A stretch of DNA of 64,000 nucleotides, taken from the NCBI GenBank assembly GCA_951406725.2, contig OX597825.1, positions 17,670,001 to 17,734,000 of the forward strand. The letters are read 5' to 3'. Below, piece after piece: positions 39,076 to 52,019 of the stretch. Made by a program: the position numbers and the translations under genes. Position 1 is the first letter of the stretch. Every line of letters starts with the position of its first letter. The DNA comes from Octopus vulgaris. Lineage: Eukaryota. The notes under the pieces are model-generated. The model was not told where the DNA came from and did not search any database. It saw nothing but the letters and a program-made list of their open reading frames with translations.

Positions 39076-40047
39076 GGTGGCCCAAAAGTAGGTTTATCTC
39101 TTTCGCATTCACATATTAACAGTTTAGATCTTAAAAATATGAAACCTTTATTCTATGCTAATTTAGTTAATTTAGCAAGTTGTGTTTCTCTAGAACTATC
39201 CATACCAAGAACATCATTGCAAAGCCTAATGCATAAGCTGAAATTAATACCTTTCCGTCCACGACAGGTACATGGTCTTTTGGAAGATGAGATAGATCGC
39301 CGGTTGCGATTCTGCAAAATGATGCGAGACCAAATAACTAATGAGCAACCATACTATCTAGATTAGAGCATCTGGTCAGATGAGGTTTGCTTCAAAGTAT
39401 CCAGTCATGTAAACAGGCATAACCGCATGTACTGGGCTGATGAAAATCCCCATTTGACCATACAATCTCAACTGATGTAACAGTTTGGGGTGTATTCTCA
39501 AGCGAAGGTGTTATCGGAGGCGTTTTCTTTGATGGAATGTAAATCGAGAGAACAATTTGGAAATGCTTCATGACGTGGTAGTACAACAACTCAGAACAAA
39601 AGATACCTTTGATGAACTGTTCTTTCAAGAAGATGGATCAACTCCACATTATGCGTTGACAGTAAGAGTCTTCCTTTACCAAACCTTTCACAGCGTTGCT
39701 TTGGAAAACGGGGCAGCTTCGAATGGCCACCACGTTCACCAGACCTTACCACAATGGATTTACTTTTTTGAAGCGTCGTAAAGGTTTATGAGAAGAATCT
39801 CTAAACAGTATATAAATTTAAAGCTTACATTTCTGACGCATTCACTAAAATTGATGGAGACCGGAATTTATACTGCACTGTGTATCAGAGTGTATTTGCA
39901 TCCCCCGTAACTTAGATGTTCGGCAAAATAGACCGATAGAATAAATACTAGGCTTACAAAGAATAAGTCCTGGGGTCGATTTGCTCGACTAAAGGCGGTG
40001 CTCCAGCACGGCCGCAGTCAAATGACTGAAAAAAAGTAAAAGAGTGA
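38800..40047 (+). mobile_element. SINE-A split into a 5' part (38800-38965) and a 3' part (39890-40047) around a mariner-family insert
   Basis: Head ggttcagttcc...gaaactgaaagaaaccc; 3' part cccgtaacttag...gactgaaaaaagtaaaagag. Confidence 0.75.
39073..39890 (+). mobile_element. Tc1/mariner DD41D (rosa/VS-type) transposase relic
   Basis: TA+cagggtggcccaaaag TIR; WSDE, VNRHN, YWADENPH, FQEDG...WPPRSPDLTTMD with 41 aa spacing after correcting one frameshift. Confidence 0.85.
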
Positions 40048-40783
40048 GAGAAAATAATGAAGATTAACTGAAACAAAAAACAAACGTACGATTGTATATA
40101 CATTTACACACTTGGTATGTGTCTAAACGAAGTGTACTGGTCATGCTTAGAGGCGAGGGTGAACTCCATAGGGCTGCATGATAAATCAAAATATGATTGT
40201 AAACAAACAAATGCATATTCTTGTTGATTAATGAAATAAATTAAAATGCAAAATTTCTCCGTGGAAGGCGTACAAAATTTTCAAATAATAATTTATGTAT
40301 TGCACGTTCACTGATTTAATTTATTTCGATTTTTGTCATATATTTTCTTGTAATAGTGTGCAAAACATCAGATTAGCGATGTTAACGTATGTTTATCCTT
40401 GTACTTCAATCGGTATGAATATCTATTATATATGTGTATGCGTGAATGTCTATGTATATATATACGTATTTGTAGGCATGCATGAATGCGTGTATGCATA
40501 TATATGTCACACGCCTCTAAGCATATACAGACACACACACACCAACATACACATACAAATACGCATACACGTGTAAGTATCTCTGTGTATATTCATAGAT
40601 CAGAACTTATTTAATGTAACTTATATATTCTAAATATTTGATTGAGCACTTTAGAACAGATTTATCGCATTTTTCTACGAATCAGGATTTGTTCCAGTTT
40701 ACATTTATAAAACATCATCTATATTTATGCACTTCCATTTTCACACATAACTGCATATGCAAGAATGTTCACCCCAATTACAA

Positions 40784-40818
<35 letters not shown>

Positions 40819-41144
40819 CAAACATACATACCTATATATATATAGATATAGATATATATATGTATATATATAGGTACTATATATACTATATATATAGATA
40901 TATATAATATCTATATATATATATATATGTATATACTATGTATATATAATATATATATATATATATAACATCTATATATATATACTATAAATATATATAT
41001 ATATATATTATATCTATATATATAATATCTATATATATATATATCTATAAATTGTATATATATATATATATATACATACCAATGGATGTATATGTATATA
41101 TATGTGTATGTATATATATATATGTATATACATATATATAAATG

Positions 41145-41215
<71 letters not shown>

Positions 41216-41451
41216 GTCTGTATATGCGCAAGTGTGTATGTGTATGCATCTGCATGGCACAGTTATTATTATGCGATTTCCTACGTGTATAATCGCGTGC
41301 ATAATGTATGTGATTCCTTTACATATTGTTACTAACACCTTGGCTGAAAATATTGTATTGTGTTTGAATAGTTACTTATTCACACCTACATTATGTTTGT
41401 TCTAAAAGCTCGCATAATTCAAAGAAGCAGCAGAGATGAACGTTCGCTTGC

Positions 41452-41576
<125 letters not shown>

Positions 41577-41953
41577 TTCCTTTTATTTGCCATTAGTGTA
41601 GTTCAACAACTCTCTCTGTGTAGTGACGTAGCTAAAATAATTGATTATAAATCAGATTTTCGTGAAGCGTTGTAATGGGAGAGATTATCGAACATTTTCC
41701 CCAGCTACTGATTTGATTAGATCGGCCTCGTTTTCGGTTGAGTCATTACCAACGTATCATTACAACACGTCGATATGGTCCAGCTCTTCTATTGACCATA
41801 AAACTGTTATAAATTGAATTAAATATGCATGTTACATTGTGTTCTCTTGTTCACAATAGATGTAGCAGTAATTAAGTTAGATACATTCGTAGAAAGAAAG
41901 GCAATTAAAAATTCTAGAATAGTAAAAGCCATAACGAAATATATATATATGTA

Positions 41954-42013
<60 letters not shown>

Positions 42014-42020
42014 TATATAT

Positions 42021-42075
<55 letters not shown>

Positions 42076-42099
42076 AAATATATAAAATATATATGTATA

Positions 42100-42182
<83 letters not shown>

Positions 42183-42659
42183 AACAAATTTATTCTGTAT
42201 TTTGTCCATATCCATGAATAACTGTAAGTATCTCATGATAATTTTATATTGCGCTAAAACAATCCTAGTTATATTTTTAGGAACAATGTATAAATGCTTT
42301 GATTTTATGGATAAGTGTGAAAATTTGATACAAAGTGTCTTCAAAAATATATCACGACGGGTTAACATTTGTTGATATTTTGTTGATATTTTTTCAACTC
42401 TATTTTATCATTTGTGTATCATGTTTGTTATTCCCCTTTATATATTTTTTCCGCCATGGCAGAACTTCAGACAAACTAACATAGAGACATAAATCATATA
42501 TGCATAGATATATGTGTGTTTGTGTGTGTGTGTGTATGTGTGTATGTGTGTTCACATGTACGACTATTTACATATATGCATATATATATATCTATATACA
42601 TGCAAGCACACAAATATATATACACACACACACACACACACAGCAACGGATGTATATAA

Positions 42660-42820
42660 ATGTGTGGTAAGAATCTTGCTTCCTACCCACATGGTTGAGT
42701 GTTCAGTTCCCCTGTGTAGCACCTTGAGGAGATGTGCTGTATTATATCCCGGGCCGACCCAAGCCTTGTGAATGAATTGTGGATTTGGTAGACAGAAACT
42801 GGAAAAAAAACCTCACATAT
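42660..42820 (+). mobile_element. SINE-A 5' half
   Basis: tgtgtggtaag...gttcagttccc...gggccgacccaagccttgtg...ggatttggtagacagaaactg. Confidence 0.8.
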
Positions 42821-42829
42821 ATGTATGTA

Positions 42830-43003
42830 TTGTGTCATCCCATAAATAATGCAGGTTTTCTGTACTTATTTCATTTTTCAAAATTAAGATAACGTTCTTT
42901 TTTAATCTAAAATATACTCTCCTCCATTTACTACGATGCTCTTCCATCTATCTCGAAGGCTTCAAGGACCCCCTTCCAGAATTCACTTGTCCGTGACGAA
43001 AAA
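42830..43003 (-). mobile_element. mariner 3' end with TIR
   Basis: Minus strand FSSRTSEFWKG..SLRDRWKSIVVNGGEYILD*; TIR ttgtgtcatcccataaataatgc next to TA. Confidence 0.75.
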
Positions 43004-43117
43004 GGCGTTGTTGTCTTTATTTATTAGGTGTACTTTTGTATGAGCAGGTATTGAAGAAAAGGTGAAAGGTATTGTTTCAATTTTGTAGTAATTGAATTAT
43101 TCATTGAATTATTTATG

Positions 43118-43491
43118 TGACTGTGTAGTGAGAAGCTTGCTTCTCAATCTCAAGTTTGGAAAACATGTGTCTTTGGTAAGTGTTTTCTAGTATACATTCC
43201 GGCCGGCCGCAGCCTTGTGAGTGGATATAGCAGACGGAAGCTGTATGAAGCTTGTCGTGTCTATCTATCTATCGGGAAAGTTTACGAAAATAAACAAAAG
43301 ACGAAGGCAGGTGGAGTACAAACAAACAAATGTATTAGTATAGCGCTCAGGAATAGAAAAAGTATTTTACGTTTCGAGCCTACACGCTTCGACAGGAAGA
43401 TACAGAGAAAAAAAACAATGAGAGAAACAAGGAGAGAAAAAAAGGATCTATCTATCTAGCTGTCTATCTTTCTGTCTGTCTACGTATATCA

Positions 43492-43527
<36 letters not shown>

Positions 43528-43531
43528 CTGT

Positions 43532-43602
<71 letters not shown>

Positions 43603-43890
43603 TATATATGTGTGTGTTTGTGTGTGTGTGTGTGTGTGTGCGTGCGTGTGCGTGTGTGTGTCTCTGTGTGTGAGTTTGTGAGTGTGTATGTGTTTGTTTT
43701 TGTCTGCCACCACCGCTTCGCAACCGGTGTTGGTGTGTGTACGTCCCCGTAGCTTATCAGTTTTGCAAGAGACAAAAACAATAAGAACCAGGCTTTAAAA
43801 TTATAAGTACCGGAGTCGATTTTTTTTTGATAAAATTTGAATAAAATGTGAGCCACCATGGGCGCAGTCTAAAAACTGAAACAAGAAAAG
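43118..43890 (+). mobile_element. Diverged SINE-A interrupted by a Penelope-like fragment and expanded microsatellite
   Basis: 5' part 43118-43258; 3' part 43690-43890 (caaccggtgttggtgtgtgtacgtccccgtagc...actgaaacaag). Confidence 0.75.
43272..43445 (-). mobile_element. Penelope-like pLTR fragment with hammerhead-like core
   Basis: Minus strand ctgtcgaagcgtgtaggctcgaaacgtaaaa...ttcctgagcgctatactaatac; related to the 13570 and 57255 copies. Confidence 0.6.
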
Positions 43891-44184
43891 TCAAATATTA
43901 CGTTGTCAACTACAATCGTTGGCTGTTATCATGAAATCAATAAATTATCTAGATGAGCAGATATTGAGAACGATAAAATTGCCAGAATTAGTGCTGCCCA
44001 ATGACTGTAACCAGTACAAGCAAACAAGAATACAAGAATACAAGAATATGACATATATATGCAAATGTTTTTAATTGCCAAAGTAATAACACAGTAATTC
44101 GAATAAATGAATATTGAAACAAATAACGTCCTGAAATAATCTGAGCTGCAGAAGACAAACATTTGAAAATATTTGTTTCAAAAT

Positions 44185-44320
44185 TTTGCATAGGGCCAAC
44201 AAATTCAGGAGAGAGAGGGTAAGTCGATCACATCGACTTCAATCCTCAATTGTTACTTGTTTCCTCGACTGCTCCGTGATGAAAGGTTAAGTCGACCTTC
44301 GTGAAATTTGAACTCAGGAC
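44185..44320 (-). mobile_element. Degraded SINE-B
   Basis: aagtcgatcacatcgac...gatgaaaggttaagtcgaccttcgtgaaatttgaactcag. Confidence 0.7.
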
Positions 44321-44511
44321 GACATTTGTTGAGAGGGATTTTTTGGGGGGCTTGAATAAATGTAAGAAAAAGTAAGTTTGAAGGAAATATTAGCCCTTTT
44401 TCATATTTTCTAGGGGTAAATAAATAGGAAATAACAGTTGCTTCACAAGGATAAAAGTCATGTTACACAGTACTATGAAAAAGAATGAGATTGAAAAAAA
44501 AAAATTGACCA

Positions 44512-44907
44512 GGCGCAGGAGTGGCTGTGTGGTAAGTAGTTTGCTAACCAACCACATGGTTCCGGGTTCAGTCCCACTGCGTGGCATCTTGGGCAAGTGT
44601 CTTCTGCTATAGCCCCGGACCGACCAATGCCTTGTGAGTGGATTTGGTAGACGGAAACTGAAAGAAGCCTGTCGTATATATGTATATATATATATAAGTG
44701 TGTGTGTATATGTTTGTGTGTCTTTGTTTGTCCCCCTAGCATTGCTGGTGTGTTTACGTCCCCGTCACTTAGCGGTTCGGCAAAAGAGACCGATAGAATA
44801 AGTACTGGGGCTTACAAAGAATAAGTCCCGGGGTCGATTTGCTCGACTAAAGGCGGTGCTCCAGCATGGCCGCAGTCAAATGACTGAAACAAGTAAAAGA
44901 GTAAAGA
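44512..44907 (+). mobile_element. Full-length SINE-A
   Basis: Collinear with the other SINE-A copies; intact A and B boxes. Confidence 0.93.
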
Positions 44908-45303
44908 ATATGTTAATAGAAACATTTTGAAATTTGAAGACATTTGATTTTTTTTACGGATATACCAAAATTAAGCAAACTACTTCAAAAGGAATTGTAA
45001 TTTATGCGAGGAGAAATATTCATTACATAATAGAGTGTTTCCCTTTGAGCAGATCTAATATATTTGAGATTCGAATTTAGCTAAAGTTCCTGATGTGTTT
45101 TATAAGTATAATCAGTTTTCACAAGTTATCCGGAAAATTATAACGAGAGAATTTCTAGAAGTCATGATATTTTACGGAAACACAAAATTTTGCAATACAC
45201 TTTTACATTTTGATATATGAGCGTGACCTACTTGAATCGATCTGTAAAGAAAAAACAACGTAATATATTTCAGAAAATGCCCTACTCTCACAAAACATTA
45301 CTA

Positions 45304-45760
45304 GGATCTTTTCGGTTTGAACGGCAGTTTTTCTAGCGGTGTCATATGAAATTGTCACCCATAATTATGACCCTAGTATCGATTTATTGCATTTCAGTCT
45401 GTTTAAGGGTTAGGGTTAGTTAGAGTTAGGTAGGGTTATGGTTAGGTTTAGGGTTAGAGATGGAGGGAAGGGTATCTTGTTTTCTTCACAAATGTAAATA
45501 AACCCAATCTGTTTCTAAAACAAGGGACATATTCATACGGCACAGGATGTTTTTTTTTACCTCAATGGACATCAATGATTGGTTGAAATTGCAGAAATTG
45601 AAGAAAAAACAACAACAAATATCTTACAAACCATAGAATTTTCTCAATAATGCCATGAGAAAAAGATGTTTTATAAACACATTCTACCAGTATACGAAGT
45701 TTAAAAGTTTTTGTTACCTAGAAATTATGTTAAAAACTGCCGTTCAAACCGAAAAGATCC
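45304..45760. mobile_element. MITE with perfect 29-bp TIRs, 8-bp TSD and internal telomere-like repeats (possibly Merlin)
   Basis: ggatcttttcggtttgaacggcagttttt / aaaaactgccgttcaaaccgaaaagatcc; flanks cattacta / cattactt; degenerate TTAGGG at ~45402-45458. Confidence 0.9.
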
Positions 45761-46841
45761 CATTACTTATTTGAAAATGTAGCCTTGTAACATTTATGCA
45801 TTATATAAATACAAATTAATCATAACCGGGGATGTTTAATCATCCGTTTCTTCGTGTAGTGTAGGACTAGGGCTAAACCTTTGCAAAACGCGTTTAATAT
45901 ATCTACCTAAACGTGGTGTGCAAACTATCTAGTTGAACATACATTTAGTAGACGTGCTGTTTATATTTTTATGCTGAAATTTACTAATAAAATACCTTCT
46001 AAATAGAGAATTAGTAAATATCTATAACAGAAATAAAGCTAATTGAAAAAAAAATAACGATTAATAAATGTGTATATAAATATTTTAAATACCGAATATA
46101 CAAGCTAGTTTTGTATGTTCCTCATGCCTTATTTTCCATCGCCGTAATCGATGTAAACATTTGAGCAATTTACTTTTACCCGATATCATACAAACCGCTG
46201 AAATGTTATAATGCTACAGTAAACATAGTTTTAATTTCATCATAGACTTTATAAATGTTTAATTGCATTAATTTTATTGTATCCCTTGTCTTTATCAAAT
46301 GATATGGTAGCTTTCATTTTGTTGATAATATGCAAATGAAAATTGCATCTCGCTTTGATTATAGTGCAACACTTAAGAAACAGCATGGTTTTCATTTTAT
46401 TGTAAACATTAATATGAAAGATGAAATTAGCTTTAATTTTATTGCTGTCATTAAAAAAGGAATATTATAAATTGGAAAATGATATCATGGCTCTGAATTT
46501 GTTTAAAAATTTAACATAACGTTTGCGGATTCAATTTTACTGCATGCCTTAGGTATATTGTGCTAGGAATTCTCTTGATGGTAAATATTTTCTATAAAAT
46601 CGTATTTAAGAGTTATACACACACTCACAAACAAACATATATATATATATAGTACACAAACGCATGCAGACACACACAAACACGAACAAAAACACACACA
46701 CATACAGTGATCACTCGCCATATCTCTGTTCACCTATCGCGGTTTATTATTTAAGCATATGTCGATTCCTCCGTGGTGTTGTTTTGAATTTATAAAAAAA
46801 TAAATATATACAATTTATAAATATCAAAAAAAGATATATAC

Positions 46842-46920
46842 AGCTTGTTTACTAACCACATGGTTCTGGGTTCAGTCCCAATGCGTGGCACCTTGCGAGT
46901 GGATTCTGTAAACGATATGC

Positions 46921-46995
<75 letters not shown>

Positions 46996-47256
46996 TATGT
47001 GTGTGTGTGCGTGAATGTGTGCCTGTGTGTGTATGTGTGTGTGTGTTTGTATGTCTATGTTTGTCTCTCCCCACCATCGCTTGACAGCCGATAGTGATGT
47101 GTTTACATACCCGTAACTTAGCGGTTCGGCGAAAGAGACGGGTAGAACAAGTACTAGGCTTACAAAGAACAAGTCCCGGGGTCGATTTGTTCGTCCAAAG
47201 GCGGTGCTTCAACATGGCCGCAGTCAAATGACAGAAACAAATAAAAGGGCTAAAGA
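46842..47256 (+). mobile_element. SINE-A with internal deletion
   Basis: accacatggttctgggttcagtccca head; full 3' module and tail. Confidence 0.88.
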
Positions 47257-47259
47257 ATT

Positions 47260-47699
47260 TATTGTCAAGACTATTTAAGCATCTTATCTGATCAAATTCA
47301 TCCTATAGTTGAGGAAATGTTTCCGGAGGGAAACAATCTTTCAGGATGATAATGCACCGATTCACACAGCTAAAGTTGTTATTGAATGTCACAAGGAACA
47401 TTCTAGTGAAGTTGAAGATCTTATCTGGCCACCACAGTCCCCAGATCTCAATATTATAGAGCATTCATGGTGCATTTTTGAAAAACAAGTCAGGATTCGA
47501 TATCCTCTACCATCATCACCACAAGAACTGGAGACGGTTTTAGCTGAAGAATGGACAAAAATTCCTTTGAAAACAATTTAAACTTTGCACCAGTCCATAC
47601 CTCGTAGAATTCAAGCTGTAATTACTGCCAAAGGTATCCCACCCGATATTAAAATGAATTTCTTTGAAATTTTAAGGTGTTTCCATTAGTTGACCAACC

Positions 47700-47703
<4 letters not shown>
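47260..47703 (+). mobile_element. Tc1-like transposon 3' half with DD36E spacing and right TIR
   Basis: FQDDNAPIH...WPPQSPDLNIIE with 36 aa between D and E; ends tttccattagttgaccaacctctg+TA. Confidence 0.85.
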
Positions 47704-47739
<36 letters not shown>

Positions 47740-48321
47740 TACTGTTAACGATATAAACCCAATATAACTGGTGTAAAATTGTACACTATCATGTAATGAA
47801 GATTTGTAAGCTATTTCCAGGAAATCTAGAGATCTTACAGATGTCCCTTTCTTGTGGAGCTAGAGCAGCCTACTTACGTTGATCAAAAGTACAAGGTGGA
47901 GGAATATTAGTCAGGAGAGATAAAACATGCGACCAAAATGATGTACTCATTTGCCAAAAACTATTCTCAACTCCCACCTTCTCTTATTTCTTTACACTTG
48001 GTATTTTTCTTGAATGACGGCGTGTAGCATGTTTTACTTCCATTTCATTATCGCAGAGACACAGGTGGTATGAGAAGCAGTGTAAGTTATGAGTTATTGT
48101 GGGACAATATAACAGATGGTGACTGGACGGATTGCCAGCTTTTCTATACTTATATAGATATACTTAAATAGTTAAATGTATATTAAGGAGACCAACTTTA
48201 CCATTATATTTCCTCGTAATACTTGAATGTGAGATGAACTTTGAACTTCTTTTTAAGTCCGTTGAATCGTATTATGTTTGAAATAAGACTCCCTCCTATG
48301 TAGTTCTCTATGAGCACGCAG

Positions 48322-48573
48322 TGAGCACAATGTCCAGTTTGCTGGACATTGTTGTAGACCTGAAAAGGAAGTAATTTCTACTCTTCTCCTCTGGAAGCCA
48401 TCTACTCGCAATACCAGAGGGTGCACACTCTCCTACCCTGATGTAATCTCCAGGGATACAGGCATCCAGCAACAGGACCTCCGTAATACCATGATGGACC
48501 GTGAAGTCTGGCGTAGCATGGTAAATTCCATTGTCTCGACCACGGTCGAACAATGATGATGATGATGATGATG
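48322..48573 (+). mobile_element. 5'-truncated RTE-clade LINE 3' end
   Basis: Open frame VQFAGHCCR...LLLWKP...YPDVISRDTG...MMDREVWR...*; (TGA)n tail; TSD tgagcacgcag / tgagtacgcag at 48311-48321 and 48574-48584. Confidence 0.85.
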
Positions 48574-49442
48574 TGAGTACGCAGATGTTCATTTGCTTAC
48601 TGTTTTGCTTTTGAGGATGTTTAACCCATGGTCTTCTTTTAGAGAACATCATTATTACAAAATAATTTCTATATCCATCATCAGTTCTGTACGTTCTGTT
48701 ACGTTCTGTATCTACAACTGAATAACCGTCATGAAGTTCCCTGCTTAAAATCTTTTAAAAAGCTGTAGATTTTTATATGCGAAGTTGATAGTTGGTTGCT
48801 ATTTCTAGCATGTCCATTGGCATTATATTCCCTTGTGGGTCCCGTGGTCATCACGTTCGAAATTCTGCTCAATTCAGGAAGGTAAGAAACAAACGATAAT
48901 AAAGTTTTCATCTACGTTCATTTTCACTACTTATTGAAAATGAAAGTAATATGTCAAGTATTCATAGGGGCTAAAAGGTTATATGTTGCATGCCTGCGTG
49001 TGTTATTTTCGATACAGGTAGAATAAGGAAGGCATAGTTCTTTAGTGGGTACAATGACCAGTTGGGAAGCAATGTTTAATTATAATAGAAAGAACAGCGC
49101 TATAAGTCATGTTCAGATGAAATGACTGGATATATTTCATTTCTAGAATCCCCCCCGCCCGAAACAAAATGCATAATCATCTTGGGACTTCCTTCAACAC
49201 AATACAATTGTATAACTAACGAAATATTACGAGATTTCCCGCATACCTCTAGAAAAATAATTTATACCCTAGAAACTCCCTGCAATTTATCGGATGTGGA
49301 ACTGTCACAGCAGAAACATATGAGGTAAGGTCAAATATTATACAACCACCAGGTAGAAATAGACATTTACATATACATACATACACATATATAAATATAC
49401 ACACACACATATATGTATGTATGTATATATGTAAATATATAC

Positions 49443-49520
<78 letters not shown>

Positions 49521-49813
49521 GTATATATATATAAGCATATTATACGGTATTGCAGATTTCAGTTTGGATATGCATAGCCGATTCTCCAGAGGTATGCAGC
49601 TAATTAAGTTTGGGATTGCGTTGCATGAATACATGTGATCTTGTATTTTGGAAGAGGCTTTTTTCCATCTTGTAACTTTGATTGATTTCTTCAGATGTGT
49701 ATTAGCAACATTTATCAGAATATTCTTGTAAAACGGCTACATAAAAGCAGTCGATTACTTGACAAAAGAAAAGAATGATAGAAAAGATGAGCAAGGACGA
49801 GAAAAATATACAT

Positions 49814-49880
<67 letters not shown>

Positions 49881-49905
49881 TGCTGTATGTATGTATGTAT
49901 GTATG

Positions 49906-49948
<43 letters not shown>

Positions 49949-49949
49949 T

Positions 49950-50013
<64 letters not shown>

Positions 50014-50072
50014 TGAGATAGAGAGAGAAACAAAAGATGAATAATTCTGAAAACAAAAGCAAAAATAAAGCA

Positions 50073-50294
50073 GAAGAAGAAGAAGAAGAAGAAGAAGAAG
50101 AAGAAGAAGAAGAAGAAGAAGAAGAAGAAGAAGAAGAAGAAGAAGAAGAAGAAGAAGAAGAAGAAGAAGAAGAAGAAGAAGAAGAAGAAGAAGAAGAAGA
50201 AGAAGAAGAAGAAGAAGAAGAAGAAGAAGAAGAAGAAGAAGAAGAAGAAGAAGAAGAAGAAGAAGAAGAAGAAGAAGAAGAAGAAGAAGAAGAA
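50073..50294. repeat. Uninterrupted (GAA)74
   Basis: Direct read; 74 E codons in the artefact ORF. Confidence 0.95.
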
Positions 50295-50744
50295 GACAAC
50301 CAATGAATGCTTTTCTATTAACCACAGAGTGTTGGTAAAAAGTCGAGCAAGGCAGAGTGTAGACTTACATGACATAGAATTCAAGTGCAGAGCACGCCTC
50401 GAAAAATATCCAACACACACACACAAGAAAAACAAAGTCCCAGACTGTTGGTAATGCTCTGATGTCTACTTCTGGAAGCCTTTCAAATGCTCTCTCCCAA
50501 CTGTCTTCCCCCAGTTTACAGTTATTTGTTCAGAGAAGTTTCGTACAGTTTGACCATGCTCACCTCTCCCGTCAACCTTTCAATAAATTCACCGGAAGAC
50601 AGCACTTCCTTCTCCATCCTAACTCTACTCTTCATTTTAAACTTGTAAAAGCTGAAGCGGTCATGGCTGATTGTGTCTATCTTCAGTTATTTTAATCTCG
50701 TCCGCCAATCCTTAGCACTCCGAGCAAAGTACTAAATGCCAATT

Positions 50745-50870
50745 CGCCCGTCCCTACGTTCTGAGTTCAAACCTCGCCGAGGTTGACTTTGCTTTATCCT
50801 TTCCGGGTCGATAAATTAAGTACCAGGGAAACACTGGGGTCGATGTAATCGACATCCCCCCTCCCCACCA
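50745..50870 (+). mobile_element. SINE-B fragment
   Basis: tacgttctgagttcaaacctcgccgaggttgactttgc...ctggggtcgatgtaatcgac. Confidence 0.85.
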
Positions 50871-51325
50871 AAGCCACGTGACTTTCTGTCCAAAGGAGGC
50901 TATTGATACAGTCGTCACAATGGACCCAACTCATAACCGTTTTCCTTAGCAGTTTTTCGATTTAATTTCAGGAGTCAGCAGTGGTCGAGAGCGTAAAGAA
51001 AGCTTTCGTTGTCCTACGGTAGATAGCACCTATGTGTCTGTAGATTTTATCAAGGACCGTCAAAGTCTTACTGTAGAACTGCCACACCGAAGATTTATTT
51101 CACCCCGAGAAAACTTCTGAGACCGTCTTGCAAATTGACTTTAAACGACGTCTAGAATTTCCACTACAACATTGTCTATTTTGCTCACGGAAATCGTCTA
51201 TAGAATACCAAAAGTTCGACGTAATGTATTGTGCAACTCGTAAAAGTTTGCAAGCACTTGGTCACCATGCATGTGCCGATCACTGTATCTCGGTATGCTG
51301 TAGTCAGCGATTTTGTTAGGGACAG

Positions 51326-52017
51326 GAACAAAGACCTGACTTGAAATTTTACGTTAAAGTTAGGAGGTCTGCTACAAAAACATCGAGTTTATTTCAGTAA
51401 GCTTATGGTGACGGAGTGATGGGTGGTGCAGATTGTTTCGAGTGGTACGGGCGCTTCAAAAGGGACAACAGAACAGCAGCTCAACCAAGAGAATGCTCAT
51501 CGTTTTTTGCGACATCCGCAGTATTGGGCGTCGAGAATTCGTCCCCCCTGGGCCAGGCTGTCAATCAACAGTTCTACAGCGACGTTTTGATACTTTTGAA
51601 GGAAGACATTCGGATCGTTGGAGCACGAACAAATGGATTCGTCATGACAATAAAGAACCCTATTACCGATCTCTCCTCACTCGTGAGTGTCCCGCCAAAA
51701 ACAACATGTTATCGCTTACGCATCCGCACAATTCGCCCGACTCATAACCTCCGGACGTTCATCCTCCAAATGAAAATGATGCTTAAAGGTCGCCATTTTA
51801 ACACCTTTGTCGAGATCGAGAGTGAATCGTAGAAGGTCCTCGACTTGGCTACGGAAAATGACTTCCAGGTCGGATTCCAAAAGATGCTCGAACGCTGAGA
51901 CCGGTGTATTGCTGCGCAAGGTGACTATTTCGAATGAGATGATACTAAGACTTAGGTAAGTAACTTACTTTTTTCTTAAACTTAATAAGTCCAGGAACCT
52001 TTTGATACCACATCTTA
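51326..52017 (+). mobile_element. Internally deleted, frameshifted mariner
   Basis: EQR..KF...AYGD...CFEWYGRFK; MLIVFCDIR..REFVPPG; VNQQFY; HDN; HPHNSPD; LKGRHF; CIAAQGDYFE; right TIR-like ggaaccttttgataccacatct. Confidence 0.85.
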
Positions 52018-52019
52018 CA

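Noticed and set aside
45402-45458. Relic telomere fusion site
   Set aside because: Lies inside a TIR element with TSD, and there is no head-to-head CCCTAA array.
50460-50700. Possible CR1/L2 3' end (NALSPTVFP..LQLF)
   Set aside because: Only one weak motif; insufficient support without a search.
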